A stretch of DNA of 64,000 nt, taken from an uncultured Actinomycetes bacterium. GTDB lineage: Bacteria > Actinomycetota > Thermoleophilia > Gaiellales > Gaiellaceae. Where the stretch lies: the NCBI GenBank assembly GCA_963733845.1, contig CAVTEM010000007.1:420763-484762 (forward strand), in the 5' to 3' direction. Under the pieces are notes generated by a model, which was given only the letters and a program-made list of their open reading frames with translations, did no database searches and was not told the DNA's origin. This document shows, one piece after another, positions 53,077 to 62,487 of the stretch. The translations under genes and the position numbers were made by a program. The number at the start of each line of letters is the position of its first letter. Positions within the stretch are counted from its first letter, which is position 1.

Positions 53077-53185
53077 CGCCCGGAGGGTACCGTCAGGTTC
53101 AGGCGTCCTCGCGGCCCGGCCGAGGCGTGGGCCGTGTCGGTGCCAGGCACCGTCGAGAAAGGCTCACGGCTTCGTCACGAAAGCG

Positions 53186-53764
53186 TCACGCGCGCCAGCC
53201 GCCCGTCTCGCCCTTGTACGTGCCGCCGAACAGGGCCAGCGGCGTGCGCAGGAGGATCTTCAGATCGACGCGCGGGGAGCGGTGCTCGACGTACCAGACG
53301 TCCAGCTCGATCCGCTCCTCCCACGGCAGCGCCGCCCGGCCGTGGATCTGGGCCCAGCCGGTGATGCCGGGCTTGACCTCGAGGCGGCGCCTCTGGCGTT
53401 CGGTGTAGCGCTCGACCTGGTAGGCGAGGGTGGGCCGCGGGCCGATCAGGCTCATCTCGCCGCGCACGACGTTCCAGAGCTGGGGCAGCTCGTCGAGCGA
53501 GAGGCGGCGGAGAACGCGGCCGGCCCTCGTGATCCGCGGGTCGCCCTTGTTGACGGACCAGCCCGCGCCCTGCGTCTCGGCGCCCTCCACCATCGTGCGC
53601 AGCTTCAGCAGCTCGAACGGGCGACCGTCCTGCCCGACGCGCTCCTGGCGATAGAGGACCGGGCCGCGGTCCTCGAGCTTGATCGCGAGCGCCGACGCGG
53701 CGAGGAACGGGCTCGCGAGCGCCAGGCCCAGCGAGGCTCCCGCCACGTCCAGGGCGCGGTTCAC
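53186..53764 (-). CDS. Small monotopic phosphoglycosyl transferase (bacterial sugar transferase family, PglC/WecA-unrelated type)
   Basis: Intact 192 aa. It reads MNRALDVAGASLGLALASPFLAASALAIKLEDRGPVLYRQERVGQDGRPFELLKLRTMVEGAE..GDPRITRAGRVLRRLSLDELPQLWNVVRGEMSLIGPRP. Confidence 0.85.
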   Translation of the reverse strand: MNRALDVAGASLGLALASPFLAASALAIKLEDRGPVLYRQERVGQDGRPFELLKLRTMVEGAETQGAGWSVNKGDPRITRAGRVLRRLSLDELPQLWNVVRGEMSLIGPRPTLAYQVERYTERQRRRLEVKPGITGWAQIHGRAALPWEERIELDVWYVEHRSPRVDLKILLRTPLALFGGTYKGETGGWRA

Positions 53765-53853
53765 TCGGCCTCGTGGGGCGTCGCTGGCAAGCGTAGGGAG
53801 GGGGAACAGTGCGTCAGCACGGGCCCCCGACTGGAGCGCAGTCAGCGGCGAGG

Positions 53854-54981
53854 TCAGCGCGTGCCCTCCGCCTTCTCCCAGACGGCGGGGACGCCGTCGC
53901 GCAGGTAGCCGGCGAGCGAGACCACCGTCGCCCAGGTCACGAGCACGTAGTAGTACGCCAGCGCGGCACCGGGCGCGCGCACGCCGGCCTTCCCCGCCGC
54001 GGCGAGCCCCAGGAAGGCGGCCTGCTTGGCGAGGGCGACGTCGTAGACGCGGCCGCGCCCGGCGAGCGCGACGTTCGCCGCCAGCACGCCGAGGTGGAGC
54101 AGGCCGCTGCCGTACCGGAACACGCGGTGGGACATCAGCTCGGTCAGGTACACCGGGTCGACGTCCCGCAGCATCCCGCCGCGCAGCGTGATCAGCCAGC
54201 AGTGCTCGAACATGCGCACCTTGCGCCGGTACTCGTCCTCGAGGTCGCGCGAGGGCTTCTCGAGCGAGATCGCCTCCGGGTCGTAGACGGCCCGCCGGCC
54301 CCGCTGGACCATCAGGTACGGGAACGCGAGGTCGTGACCGAAGCGCGGGTCGACGTCGACGTAGTCCTCGCGCCGGACCGCGTAGATCGGGCCGTTGCCG
54401 CCGGTGATCGAGCCGAGCAGCGACTCCTGCTCGCGCAGCCAGAGCTCGAACGCCCAGTAGGCGCCCTCGCGGTTCGTCCCGTCGGCGTCCGCGTACGTTG
54501 CACGGCCGGACACGTAGCCCACGTCCGGGTCGGCGAAGCTGCGCACCAGCTTGCTCAGCGCGTCCGGCGGCCAGGTCGCATTCGCGTCCGAGAAGGCCAG
54601 GATCTCGCTGTCGGTCTCGCGCACGGCCAGGTTCTGGGCGGCGACCTTGCCGCCGCGAGGCGCGCGGATCAGCCGCACGCGCGGCTCCCGGGAGGCGATC
54701 GCCTCGACCAGCTCGTCGGTGCCGTCGCCCGACGCGTCCGAGGCGACGACGATCTCGAGCTTGTCGGCCGGGTAGTCGAGCGCGAGCAGGTTCTCGACGC
54801 GGCGTTCGATCACGTCCTTCTCGTCGTAGGCCGCGACGATCAGGCTGACCGACGGCGTGCCGTCCTCGCGCCGCACCGGCCGCGGCCGCAGGCGCGCGGC
54901 CGCCGCCGCGGCCAGCGGGTAGCCCACGTGCGTCCAGGCGAGCGCGGCCGCGCCGCCCCAGAAGACGATCCTGGCGAGCAT
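53854..54981 (-). CDS. Membrane-embedded GT2 glycosyltransferase (synthase-like architecture)
   Basis: The ATG at 54981 opens MLARIVFWGGAAALAWTHVGYPLAAAAAA, an N-terminal TM. The gene continues VSLIVAAYDEKDVIERRVENLL..EIVVASDASGDGTDE..ILAFSDANATW..GGNGPIYAVRRE. C-terminal TM helices follow (LLHLGVLAANVALAG; ALAYYYVLVTWATVVSLAGYL). Intact. Confidence 0.8.
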   Translation of the reverse strand: MLARIVFWGGAAALAWTHVGYPLAAAAAARLRPRPVRREDGTPSVSLIVAAYDEKDVIERRVENLLALDYPADKLEIVVASDASGDGTDELVEAIASREPRVRLIRAPRGGKVAAQNLAVRETDSEILAFSDANATWPPDALSKLVRSFADPDVGYVSGRATYADADGTNREGAYWAFELWLREQESLLGSITGGNGPIYAVRREDYVDVDPRFGHDLAFPYLMVQRGRRAVYDPEAISLEKPSRDLEDEYRRKVRMFEHCWLITLRGGMLRDVDPVYLTELMSHRVFRYGSGLLHLGVLAANVALAGRGRVYDVALAKQAAFLGLAAAGKAGVRAPGAALAYYYVLVTWATVVSLAGYLRDGVPAVWEKAEGTR

Positions 54982-54991
54982 CGCGGCGACT

Positions 54992-56005
54992 CTAGTCGTG
55001 GAGCGCGTCCTCGTAGGCGCGGAGCGTGTCGGCGGTGGCGCGCTCCCACGACAGCTGCTCCCGCGCCCGCTCCCGCGCGGCCTCACCCAGCCGGCGCCGC
55101 AGGTCGGCGTCTCCGAGCAGCCAGCGCAGAGCCTCGCGCAGCGCCGCCTCGTCGCCCGGCGGCACGAGCAGCCCCGTCTCGTTGTGGCGGACGAGGTCGA
55201 GCAGGCCGCCGACGGCGGAGGCTACGACCGGCTTCCCGTGGGCCATCGCCTCGGCACAGACGACGCCGTAGCCCTCGCGGCGCGACGGCACGGCGACCAC
55301 CGCCGCCCGCCGGTAGTACGGCCCGAGCTCGGCGTTCGGGACGAAGCCGAGCGCCTGCGGGACCTCGTCCCGGAGCGGCCCGTCGCCCACGACCACGAGC
55401 GGGATGCCGTCGGCGGCCGCGAGCAGGTCGAGGATGCCCTTCTCCGGCGAGAGCCGGCCCACGTAGAGCACGTGCGGCGGCTGCGCCTCCTCCTCGCCCT
55501 CGTCCGCGGGCACGTCGACGCCGCTCGGGATCACGCGCACGTCGCGCGCGCCCAGCTCGCGCGCGGAGCCGGCGAGCGCGGAGGACGCGCAGATCACCAG
55601 CTGCGCCCGCTCGACCACCGGCCGCGCGAGCGTGGGCATCCGGCGGGCCAGCTCGACGTCGGTGCCCCAGAGCTGGAGCACGTACGGCTTCCCCGCGGCC
55701 AGCGCTGCCAGCCCGGAGGGCAGCCAGTGCGCGTGCACGAGATCGGCGTCACGCGAGGCCGAGCGCGCGGCCCGCCCGTAGGCGGCCAGGAACACGGGCA
55801 GGAGCGCGGCCCGCCATGGCTCGGAGCGCAGGTTGTTCACGATCCCGCCGCCGTAGGCGATCCCGAAGTGGCGGAAGCGCGCGGGAGAGACGACCTCGAC
55901 CTCGACGCCCGCCGCCTGCACGCGGTCGACGGCGTCCGCCACGAACCGGCCCGCGACGTCCTCCGGCGAGCGTGGATACGAGGTGGTGAGGACGACGACC
56001 TTCAT
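54992..56005 (-). CDS. GT4 glycosyltransferase
   Basis: The ATG at 56005 forms an ATGA overlap with the upstream stop. The gene reads MKVVVLTTSYPRSPEDVAGRFVADAV..LVHAHWLPSGLAAL..VLYVGRLSPEKGILDLL..VVAVPSRREGYGVVCAEAMAHGKPVVASAVGGLLDLV. It is intact within the long fused ORF 54992..58042. Confidence 0.85.
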   Translation of the reverse strand: MKVVVLTTSYPRSPEDVAGRFVADAVDRVQAAGVEVEVVSPARFRHFGIAYGGGIVNNLRSEPWRAALLPVFLAAYGRAARSASRDADLVHAHWLPSGLAALAAGKPYVLQLWGTDVELARRMPTLARPVVERAQLVICASSALAGSARELGARDVRVIPSGVDVPADEGEEEAQPPHVLYVGRLSPEKGILDLLAAADGIPLVVVGDGPLRDEVPQALGFVPNAELGPYYRRAAVVAVPSRREGYGVVCAEAMAHGKPVVASAVGGLLDLVRHNETGLLVPPGDEAALREALRWLLGDADLRRRLGEAARERAREQLSWERATADTLRAYEDALHD

Positions 56006-57319
56006 GCGCGCCGCGCGAACACGATCGGGGCCGCCAGCGCCAGGGCCGCGAAGGCGTAGAAGTAATAGAACTGCATCGTCAGGTAGAAGGCGTTCGCTGC
56101 CATCGTCCCCGCGAGCGCCGCGGTCAGACCCCAGGCGAGCGGCCGCACGCGCGCCGCGAGCGGGTCTCCCGCCGCGGCCAGCCGGCGCCCGAGGTGCCGT
56201 GCCGCTCGCAGGCGCCGGAAGATCCAGAGCAGGAACAGCCCGAACAGCGCCGCGCCGACCAGCCCGGTCTCGACGAGGAGCGCCACGTAGAAGGAGTGTG
56301 GCCCCCAGTTCGTCCGGCCGGTGACGAACTCGTAGTAGACGGAGAAGTTGTTCAGTCCGAGCCCGAACAACGGGTGGAGGGAGAGCACGTCGGGGATGAA
56401 CCCGTACACGTCGAAGTGCGCCGAGCTGGAGGCGCCGCTCGTCTCGATCCGCGAGCGCAGGACGACGTCGAAGAAATCGGCGCGCCGGGCGACGATCACG
56501 GCCAGCAGCCCGATCACCGCGGCGAGCGGGATCAGCAGCGCCCGCGAGACCAGCAGCCGCCGGTAGGGCACGGCGAGCACGAGCAGCCCGACGGCGAGGC
56601 CGAGCCAGCCGCTCCGCGACAGCGTCGCCAGCTCCATCACGAGCAGGAACGGCAGCAGCACCGCAAGCCGCAGCCGCCACCGATGGCCGGGCTCCAGCCG
56701 GAGGTAGATCGGCGTCAACACGAGCAGCGGCACCAAGCAGCATCACCGCCAGGTGGTTCGGGTCACCGGTGAGCGCGTTCGGCCGGTAGACGTCGGCACC
56801 CTCGACGACGCCGTAGATGTTGATCGAGCTCGCGCCGCCGGTGAGCGGCGCCAGGAGCGACTGGTCGAGGTCCTGCCCGCGGTTCGCCGCCACGAGCTGG
56901 GCCACGCCGTAGAGGGCGTTCGCGGCCATCCCGGCCGTGAACCAGCCGAGCGTGCGCCAGTAGAAGGCACGGCTCCGCCTGGTCAGGTAGGCGATCCCGG
57001 CCGCGAGGAAGGCGAAGTGGAGCCCGAACTTCACCAGCCCCTTCACGAACTGCTCGAGCGCCTGGCGCGTGTCGAGGTTGAAGAAGCCGACGAGGTAGAC
57101 GAGCGCGAAGGCGAGCGCGAACCCGAGCGCGATCAGCGCCGTGCGCGGCAACCGGTCGTCGTGCTCGACCCAGCGGCCGACGACGAAGACGGCCACGAAC
57201 AGGAGCGCGAGCATGTCCGCCAGGCTCACCGAGCCGGCGAGCTCCCAGTGCACCTTCTCGAAGGTGACCGAGAACAGCGTCGCCAGGAAGAAGAAGCCGG
57301 TCAAACGGTCGAGGGTCAG
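56002..57319 (-). CDS. O-antigen ligase/polymerase-like (Wzy_C-type) membrane protein (CTG start inferred; one frame switch)
   Basis: The CTG at 57319 forms a CTGA overlap with the GT4 stop at 57316. It opens (L)TLDRLTGFFFLATLFSVTFEKVHWELAGSVSLADMLALLFVAVFVVG. There is a switch near 56740 into ORF 56002..56736: LLPFLLVMELATLSRSGWLGLAVGLLVLAV..GPHSFYVALLVETGLVGAALFGLFLLW. Confidence 0.75.
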
Positions 57320-58566
57320 CGCGCCACCTCCTCCAGGAAGGCCGCGTAATCCTCCGCGCGGGTGCGGCGCGAGAGCCGTCGCCGCCACTCCTCCGAGAGC
57401 GGCGTCCCGTCCAGCCGGCCGGCGCGCCACGCACCCTCCAGCTCGACCAGCGCGGCCCGGATCCCCTCGACGTCGTCGGGGGCGGCCACGACACCGGCGC
57501 CGGTCTCCCTGATCAGCTCGGCGGCCGCGCCGTCGGGCGGCACGACCGCGAGGACCGGCCGCTCCGCCGCCAGATACTCGAACACCTTGCCCGAGAGCAC
57601 GCCCTTGCCGCGCCCGGCCGCGTCGGGGATCAGCAGGAGCAGCGCCTCGGAGTCGCGCTGGAGCTCCAGCGACTCGCGCCGCGGGGCGTACGGAAGCAGG
57701 CGGAGCTTGTCGCCGAGTCCGAGCCCCTCGGCCCAGGCGCGGTCGGCCGAGCGGAAGTCGCCGAGGAAGCGCGCCTCGACGTCCAGGCCGGACTCGGCGA
57801 GCGCGGTCAGGAACGGGCGGGGATCGCGCTTGCCGAAGAAGCTGCCGGTGTGGGTGATCCGGAAGCGCTCGCCCGGCCGGTACTCGAGCCCCTCGAAGTC
57901 GTCGAAGTCCGATCCGTTCGGGATCGTCACCACCGGCCCCTTCGGCCGCAGCCCGCGCGTCTCGTCGGCGATCGCGTCGGAGACCGCGACGATCCCGTCG
58001 GCGCGCCGCGCGACCAGCCGGGCGACGCGCTCCGCCGTCCACTCCTTCGCGCGCACGAGCCGGCTCTCGGCCCGCCGGTGCGGGTGCGCGACGAGCGAGT
58101 CGCGCAGGTCGGCCACCCAGGTCGCCTCGCTCGCCCGCTGCGCGATCGCCCCGATCAGGTGCACCGAAGCGGGCGGCGAGGTCGTGATCACCACGTCGAT
58201 CCCCTCGCGGTGGATGAGTCGGATCGCGGCCCGGTTCGCGGTCAGGTTCCAGGTCACGTTCTCGTCCGGCACGAGCAGCCGGCTGCCGAGCGCGCGGGCA
58301 TGCACGAGCCCGCGGCGAACCCCCGTCGTGCCGTGCAGCTGCTCCGCGAGCCTGGTGCCGCCGGGCCCGAAGTAGCGGGCCCGGTGCACGACCGCGTTCG
58401 GCGGCAGCGGGAGGCCTTCGTCGCGGTGGAGCCAGCGCGGGTCGTCGGGCGCGAGCACGTGTGTCTCGACCCCGAGCTCGGGCAGGTGCGTGGCGAGCTT
58501 GAGCGGCCGCTGCACGCCTCCGCCGCCGGCCGGCGGGAAGTACATCGACACGAGCAGCACCTTCAT
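57316..58566 (-). CDS. GT4-like glycosyltransferase
   Basis: Intact 416 aa. It reads MKVLLVSMYFPPAGGGGVQRPLKLATHLPELGVETHVLAP..VVITTSPPASVHLIG..ITHTGSFFGKRDPRPFL..GKVFEYLAAERPVLAVVP. Confidence 0.8.
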   Translation of the reverse strand: MKVLLVSMYFPPAGGGGVQRPLKLATHLPELGVETHVLAPDDPRWLHRDEGLPLPPNAVVHRARYFGPGGTRLAEQLHGTTGVRRGLVHARALGSRLLVPDENVTWNLTANRAAIRLIHREGIDVVITTSPPASVHLIGAIAQRASEATWVADLRDSLVAHPHRRAESRLVRAKEWTAERVARLVARRADGIVAVSDAIADETRGLRPKGPVVTIPNGSDFDDFEGLEYRPGERFRITHTGSFFGKRDPRPFLTALAESGLDVEARFLGDFRSADRAWAEGLGLGDKLRLLPYAPRRESLELQRDSEALLLLIPDAAGRGKGVLSGKVFEYLAAERPVLAVVPPDGAAAELIRETGAGVVAAPDDVEGIRAALVELEGAWRAGRLDGTPLSEEWRRRLSRRTRAEDYAAFLEEVAR

Positions 58567-58570
58567 CGCG

Positions 58571-60568
58571 CTAGAGACGGTAGAGGGCGTATCGATCGTC
58601 CGCCCAGACGAGGGGCTTGTCGATCTCGAGCCTCGACCGTGAGCGGTTCACGACCAGCCACCCGGCGCCGTAGCGGGACGTGATCAGGAAGTCGCCGGTG
58701 CGGAAGAACTGCTCGACGTCGCGACGGCGCGCGTAGGGCCGGTTCTCGTGCGTGTCGGCCACGTGTCCGGGCGGGTCGGCCGCGACGTAGACCGGTGCGT
58801 AGGCGCCGATGCGGTAGCTCGTGTCGACGTGCGAGAAGACGGTGGCGCCCTCGGGCAAGCGGTCGAGCGCCTGCACGAGCCCGGGGGACAGCGCGGTGCC
58901 GCGTTCCTCGCGTGCCGTCCAGTCGAGCGCCGCGTGCGCCGCAACGGGCGTGACGAAGAGCGCCGCAGCGGCGGCTGTGATCAGCCCGCGCCGCTCGAGC
59001 GGCTCGACGAGCCGGCGGATGAACGGCGCAGCGACGAGCGCAGCCGTGCCGCCGAGCGCAGCGACCCAGCTCGCGAGCGCGGGCCCTCCGCCCTGGAACG
59101 TGTAGCCGAAGTCGCCGGGGTAGGCCGCCTGCAGCAGCAGCCCGGCGGAGAACGCCAGCGGCAGCACGGCGGCGCTGAAGACCTCGGCCAGCACGGCGAG
59201 CCCGCCGGCGAACGCGAACGCGAGCGGGACGAACCCGGCCGCGCGCCGCGCCTGCGAGAGCGAGACGACGTCGGCGAGGCGGGGGAAGAGGAAGCGCACG
59301 AGCGTGACCGCGAAGACCGCGACCGAGCCGCCGAGGACGAACGCCGCCCAGCGGCGCCGCGAGGCGAGCGCGGCGAGCGGGATCAAGAGCAGCGCCGCGA
59401 CCGCGACCGCCCCACTGCGGCCGAACACCTCGGGCGCGAGCCGGTAGTTCGTCTCCGAGAAGACGTCGATCTGGCCCGCGTAGTGCGAGAAGGCGCGCCG
59501 CAGCTCGCCGCCCGTGGGCGTGTGCGAGGCGGTCGCGCGGACGAGCGGCACGATCGCGAGCGCCACGGCCGCGCTCGGCACGGCGAGCGCCACGATCGCC
59601 GCGGCGAGCGGCTTGTGGTCGGCGTGCGAGAGCAGCGCGCGGGCGACGAGGAAGCCGGCGAGCGGCAGGCAGAGGAAGACCGCGTAGGTCGGGTGGACGA
59701 TCGCAAGCGCGAGCCCGCCGGCCGCGATCGCGCCCAGCCACGCCAGCCGTGGGGCCAGCAGGTGGGTGAAGACCAGCGCGAGCACGGCCGGGACGAGCAG
59801 CTGGCGGCTCGCGGTGCCGGGAAGCGCGAGGAACGCGTACGCGCCGCCCTTCCCGGGCGCGAGGCCGATCAGGGCAGCCTGCGCGAGCACCAGCGCGAAC
59901 GAGATCGAGCGCGAGCGGAAGAGCGCCATGCCGGCCTCGTAGACGACCGCGAACGCGAGCGGGGCCAGCACGCTCGCCTCGTGCAGCACGACGAGCGTCG
60001 GGTCGACGCCGGCCAGCTTGGCCACGAGCGCGAGGAACGCGTGCCAGAGCGGGAACGCGTAGCCAGGGTGTAGTCCGCCGTCGCGGAACTCGCCGATTCC
60101 TTCGAGCGAGAGCTCGTCGAACGCCCAGAGCTTGCGGATCCGGGCGAGATGGAAGAGCGCGTCGCCCTCGATCGGCGCAGCGACCTGCCAGAGCGCCACG
60201 CCGAAGGCCGCGCCGAGAGCGATCACGATCAGGCTCCCCGGGGGGAGCCCGCCCGCCCCGCGCCACACCGCGAAGGGCAGCGCGACGAGCGCCGAGACGG
60301 CGAGGAAGGCCAGCGCCACCTCGATCGACATGTGCAGGAGCACGACGGCGCCGAGACCGACGGCGAGCAACGCCAGCGAGAACGAGACCCCGGCCGCGAG
60401 ACCCGGTGTCCTCAGCGCCCGCCCGATCAGGAGCCCGGGCAGGAGCAGGCAGAGCGTCGCCGCCGCGAGCCGGGCGCCGAGCCCGAACCCCTCTGCCGGG
60501 AGCCCGCGCGCGAGCGCCAGCGCCGGCAGCGCCAGCAGGATCAGCGGGACGCGCGAGAGGTACTTCAT
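58571..60568 (-). CDS. Large polytopic membrane protein with C-terminal soluble domain, family not recognised (candidate GT-C/polymerase)
   Basis: The ATG at 60568 overlaps the upstream TGA by 1 nt. The gene opens MKYLSRVPLILLALPALALA and is about 665 aa, intact. Many TM segments follow: [121 protein letters not shown] and more. The soluble tail is ..LDRLPEGATVFSHVDTSYRIGAYAPVYVAADPPGHVADTHENRPYARRRDVEQFF. Confidence 0.7.
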   Translation of the reverse strand: MKYLSRVPLILLALPALALARGLPAEGFGLGARLAAATLCLLLPGLLIGRALRTPGLAAGVSFSLALLAVGLGAVVLLHMSIEVALAFLAVSALVALPFAVWRGAGGLPPGSLIVIALGAAFGVALWQVAAPIEGDALFHLARIRKLWAFDELSLEGIGEFRDGGLHPGYAFPLWHAFLALVAKLAGVDPTLVVLHEASVLAPLAFAVVYEAGMALFRSRSISFALVLAQAALIGLAPGKGGAYAFLALPGTASRQLLVPAVLALVFTHLLAPRLAWLGAIAAGGLALAIVHPTYAVFLCLPLAGFLVARALLSHADHKPLAAAIVALAVPSAAVALAIVPLVRATASHTPTGGELRRAFSHYAGQIDVFSETNYRLAPEVFGRSGAVAVAALLLIPLAALASRRRWAAFVLGGSVAVFAVTLVRFLFPRLADVVSLSQARRAAGFVPLAFAFAGGLAVLAEVFSAAVLPLAFSAGLLLQAAYPGDFGYTFQGGGPALASWVAALGGTAALVAAPFIRRLVEPLERRGLITAAAAALFVTPVAAHAALDWTAREERGTALSPGLVQALDRLPEGATVFSHVDTSYRIGAYAPVYVAADPPGHVADTHENRPYARRRDVEQFFRTGDFLITSRYGAGWLVVNRSRSRLEIDKPLVWADDRYALYRL

Positions 60569-61459
60569 CACTCGAGTAGCGTGGACGTCGGCCCGGAGGC
60601 CAGCCACCGGGCGGCGCTGCGGTAGGCCTCGCCCCGCTCGCCGCGGAAGATCCGGCCGCGCACTGCGAGGGCGACCAGCATCAGCTTCCGGGCCCGCTCG
60701 GCCTGCCGCTCGCCCCGATGGTCGGCGAGGAAGCGCAGGTGCCCGCGGACCTGCTCGCGGAACATCGGCCCCCAGTTCTGCTTCGTCGTCGAGCCGCCCA
60801 CGTGCACCGCCTCCGCGCCCGGGAAGAACCAGACCCTCCACCCGGCCGCGCGGAAGCGGTAGCACCAGTCGGTCTCCTCGCTGAACATGAAGTAGCGCTC
60901 GTCGAAGCCGCCGACCTGCTCCACCGCCTCGGGCCGTACCAGCAGGACGGAGCCCATCAGGAACTCGGCCTCGCGCGGGCTCGTCGTGGTCGAACCCGCC
61001 CGCGTAGAACGCGTTCAGCGCGCGCGTCCTGGGCGCCAGCTTGCGCAGGAACAGGTACTCGGTCGCGATCCGCCACACGCTCGGGAAGCCCCGCACGGAG
61101 CGCTGGAGCGTGCGATCGGTGTTCAGCAGCCGCGGGCCGACGACGGCCGCGTCGGGATGCTGCTCGGCGAAGGCCACGAGCGCGTCGAGGGCGCCCGGCT
61201 CGAGCCAGGCGTCGGAGTTCAGCAGCAGGTACCAGCGCCCCGAGGCTGCCCGCATGCCCGCGTTGTTGCCGGCGCCGAAGCCCTTGTTCTCCTGCTCGAC
61301 CACGATCGCCTCGGGGAAGCGCTCGCGCACGAGCTCCACGGTGCCGTCCCGCGAGCCGTGGTCGACCACGACGAGCTCGGTGCCGGCCGCGCTCTCGAGC
61401 GCGCGCTCCACCCACGGCATGGCGTTGTAGGTGACGACGATCGTCGACACGTCAGGCAC
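60568..61459 (-). CDS. GT2 glycosyltransferase (rhamnosyltransferase/WbbL-like; one frame switch)
   Basis: MPDVSTIVVTYNAMPWVERALES..LVVVDHGSRDGT..EQENKGFGAGNNAGM..WYLLLNSDAWL. There is a switch near 60960 into ORF 60568..60957: MGSVLLVRPEAVEQVGGFDERYFMFSEETDWCYRFRAAGWRVWF. Confidence 0.8.
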
Positions 61460-62414
61460 GACGGACCGCTTCCCAGCCGAGGATCAGCGCGCCCGGGACG
61501 GCGAGCAGGAGCGTGACGAGGAAGAAGAGGAAGCCGGCCGCGAAGGCCGGCTCGGCGGCGACGCCGAGGTTCCCCAGGAAGCTGACGAAGAACGCCTCGC
61601 GCACGGCCAGCCCGTTGATCGTGAACGGCGCGAGCAGGACGACGAACAGGATCGGGCCCATCACGTAGTACGGCCGCGGCGACAGGTCGATCCCGACCGA
61701 CTTCCCCACCAGCCAGATCGGGAGCACGCGCACGGCCTGGACGACCACGGTGTACGCGAGCAGGCCGACCAGCAGCCACCCGTGGGTGCGGTAGGTGTGC
61801 ATGCCCTCGTACACAGCCCGCAGCGGCCGCTCCAGCCGCAGGTACGCGAGCAGCGGGCGCAGGCGCGAGAGCGGGCGGCGTGCCCGGCGCGAGAAGATCA
61901 CGACTGCGGCTGCGACCGTGCCGAGGATCAGCGCGCCCTCCAGCCACAGGTAGGCGCCGACGTCGTACTCCCCAACCGCGAGCGCGAAGCCGACCGCGGC
62001 CAGGATCAGCGTCGCCGCGCCCCCGAGCGCCCGGTCGAGCAGGACCGAGCCCGTGATCAGGCCCGTCTGCCCCGAGTGCCGGCGCGCGGTCTCGAAGACG
62101 CGGACCGCGTCGCCGCCGATCGAGGTCGGCAGCACCTGCCCGGCCGTGTACGAGACGAAGTACGTGCGGGTCAGCCAGCCGAGCGGCTCGTCGATGTCCT
62201 TCGCGGCGAGCAGTTGCTGCCACCGCCACGCGAGGAAGACAGTCGACACGAGCATGATCGCCGTGGCAGCCGCGAAGTAGCCCAGGTCGGCGTCCCTGAG
62301 CACCTCGAGCGTCGTCTCGAAATCGATCTTCCAGACGAGGTAGGCGACGCAGAGCCCGGTGACGAGCAGCGTCAACGAGCTGCGAACGAGCCTCCGCCGG
62401 GTCACGGCCGCCAA
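61452..62414 (-). CDS. Flippase-like / LPG_synthase_TM-type membrane protein, copy 2
   Basis: Intact 320 aa with a TTG start at 62414. It reads LTLLVTGLCVAYLVWKIDFETTLEVL..MLVSTVFLAWRWQQLL..YTAGQVLPTSIGGDAVRVFE..LLAPFTINGLAVREAFFVSFL. It overlaps the GT2 start by 8 nt. Confidence 0.75.
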   Translation of the reverse strand: MAAVTRRRLVRSSLTLLVTGLCVAYLVWKIDFETTLEVLRDADLGYFAAATAIMLVSTVFLAWRWQQLLAAKDIDEPLGWLTRTYFVSYTAGQVLPTSIGGDAVRVFETARRHSGQTGLITGSVLLDRALGGAATLILAAVGFALAVGEYDVGAYLWLEGALILGTVAAAVVIFSRRARRPLSRLRPLLAYLRLERPLRAVYEGMHTYRTHGWLLVGLLAYTVVVQAVRVLPIWLVGKSVGIDLSPRPYYVMGPILFVVLLAPFTINGLAVREAFFVSFLGNLGVAAEPAFAAGFLFFLVTLLLAVPGALILGWEAVRRA

Positions 62415-62435
62415 GGGTAGATGCGCGGGTGGCTT

Positions 62436-62455
62436 AGTAACAGACTGTTACTTGC
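62436..62455. promoter_or_regulatory. Palindromic AT-rich site, copy 1 (putative operator)
   Basis: AGTAACAG-A-CTGTTACT is a perfect inverted repeat centred at 62444. It sits within a 20-nt block, AGTAACAGACTGTTACTTGC, that is repeated identically at 62490-62509. It lies 22 nt upstream of the start codon at 62414. Confidence 0.5.
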
Positions 62456-62487
62456 TCCGGGAACGCGCCCGCGCCCCGAATCCGCTC

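Noticed and set aside
53809-55989. 726-aa plus-strand ORF opposite the GT2/GT4 genes, and similar ones such as 24177..25484, 58748..60073 and 41132..42523
   Set aside because: The compositions are extreme (runs of R, A, P, G, D, E) and have no recognisable domains. The opposite strand encodes intact, motif-bearing proteins. I treat these as antisense GC artefacts.
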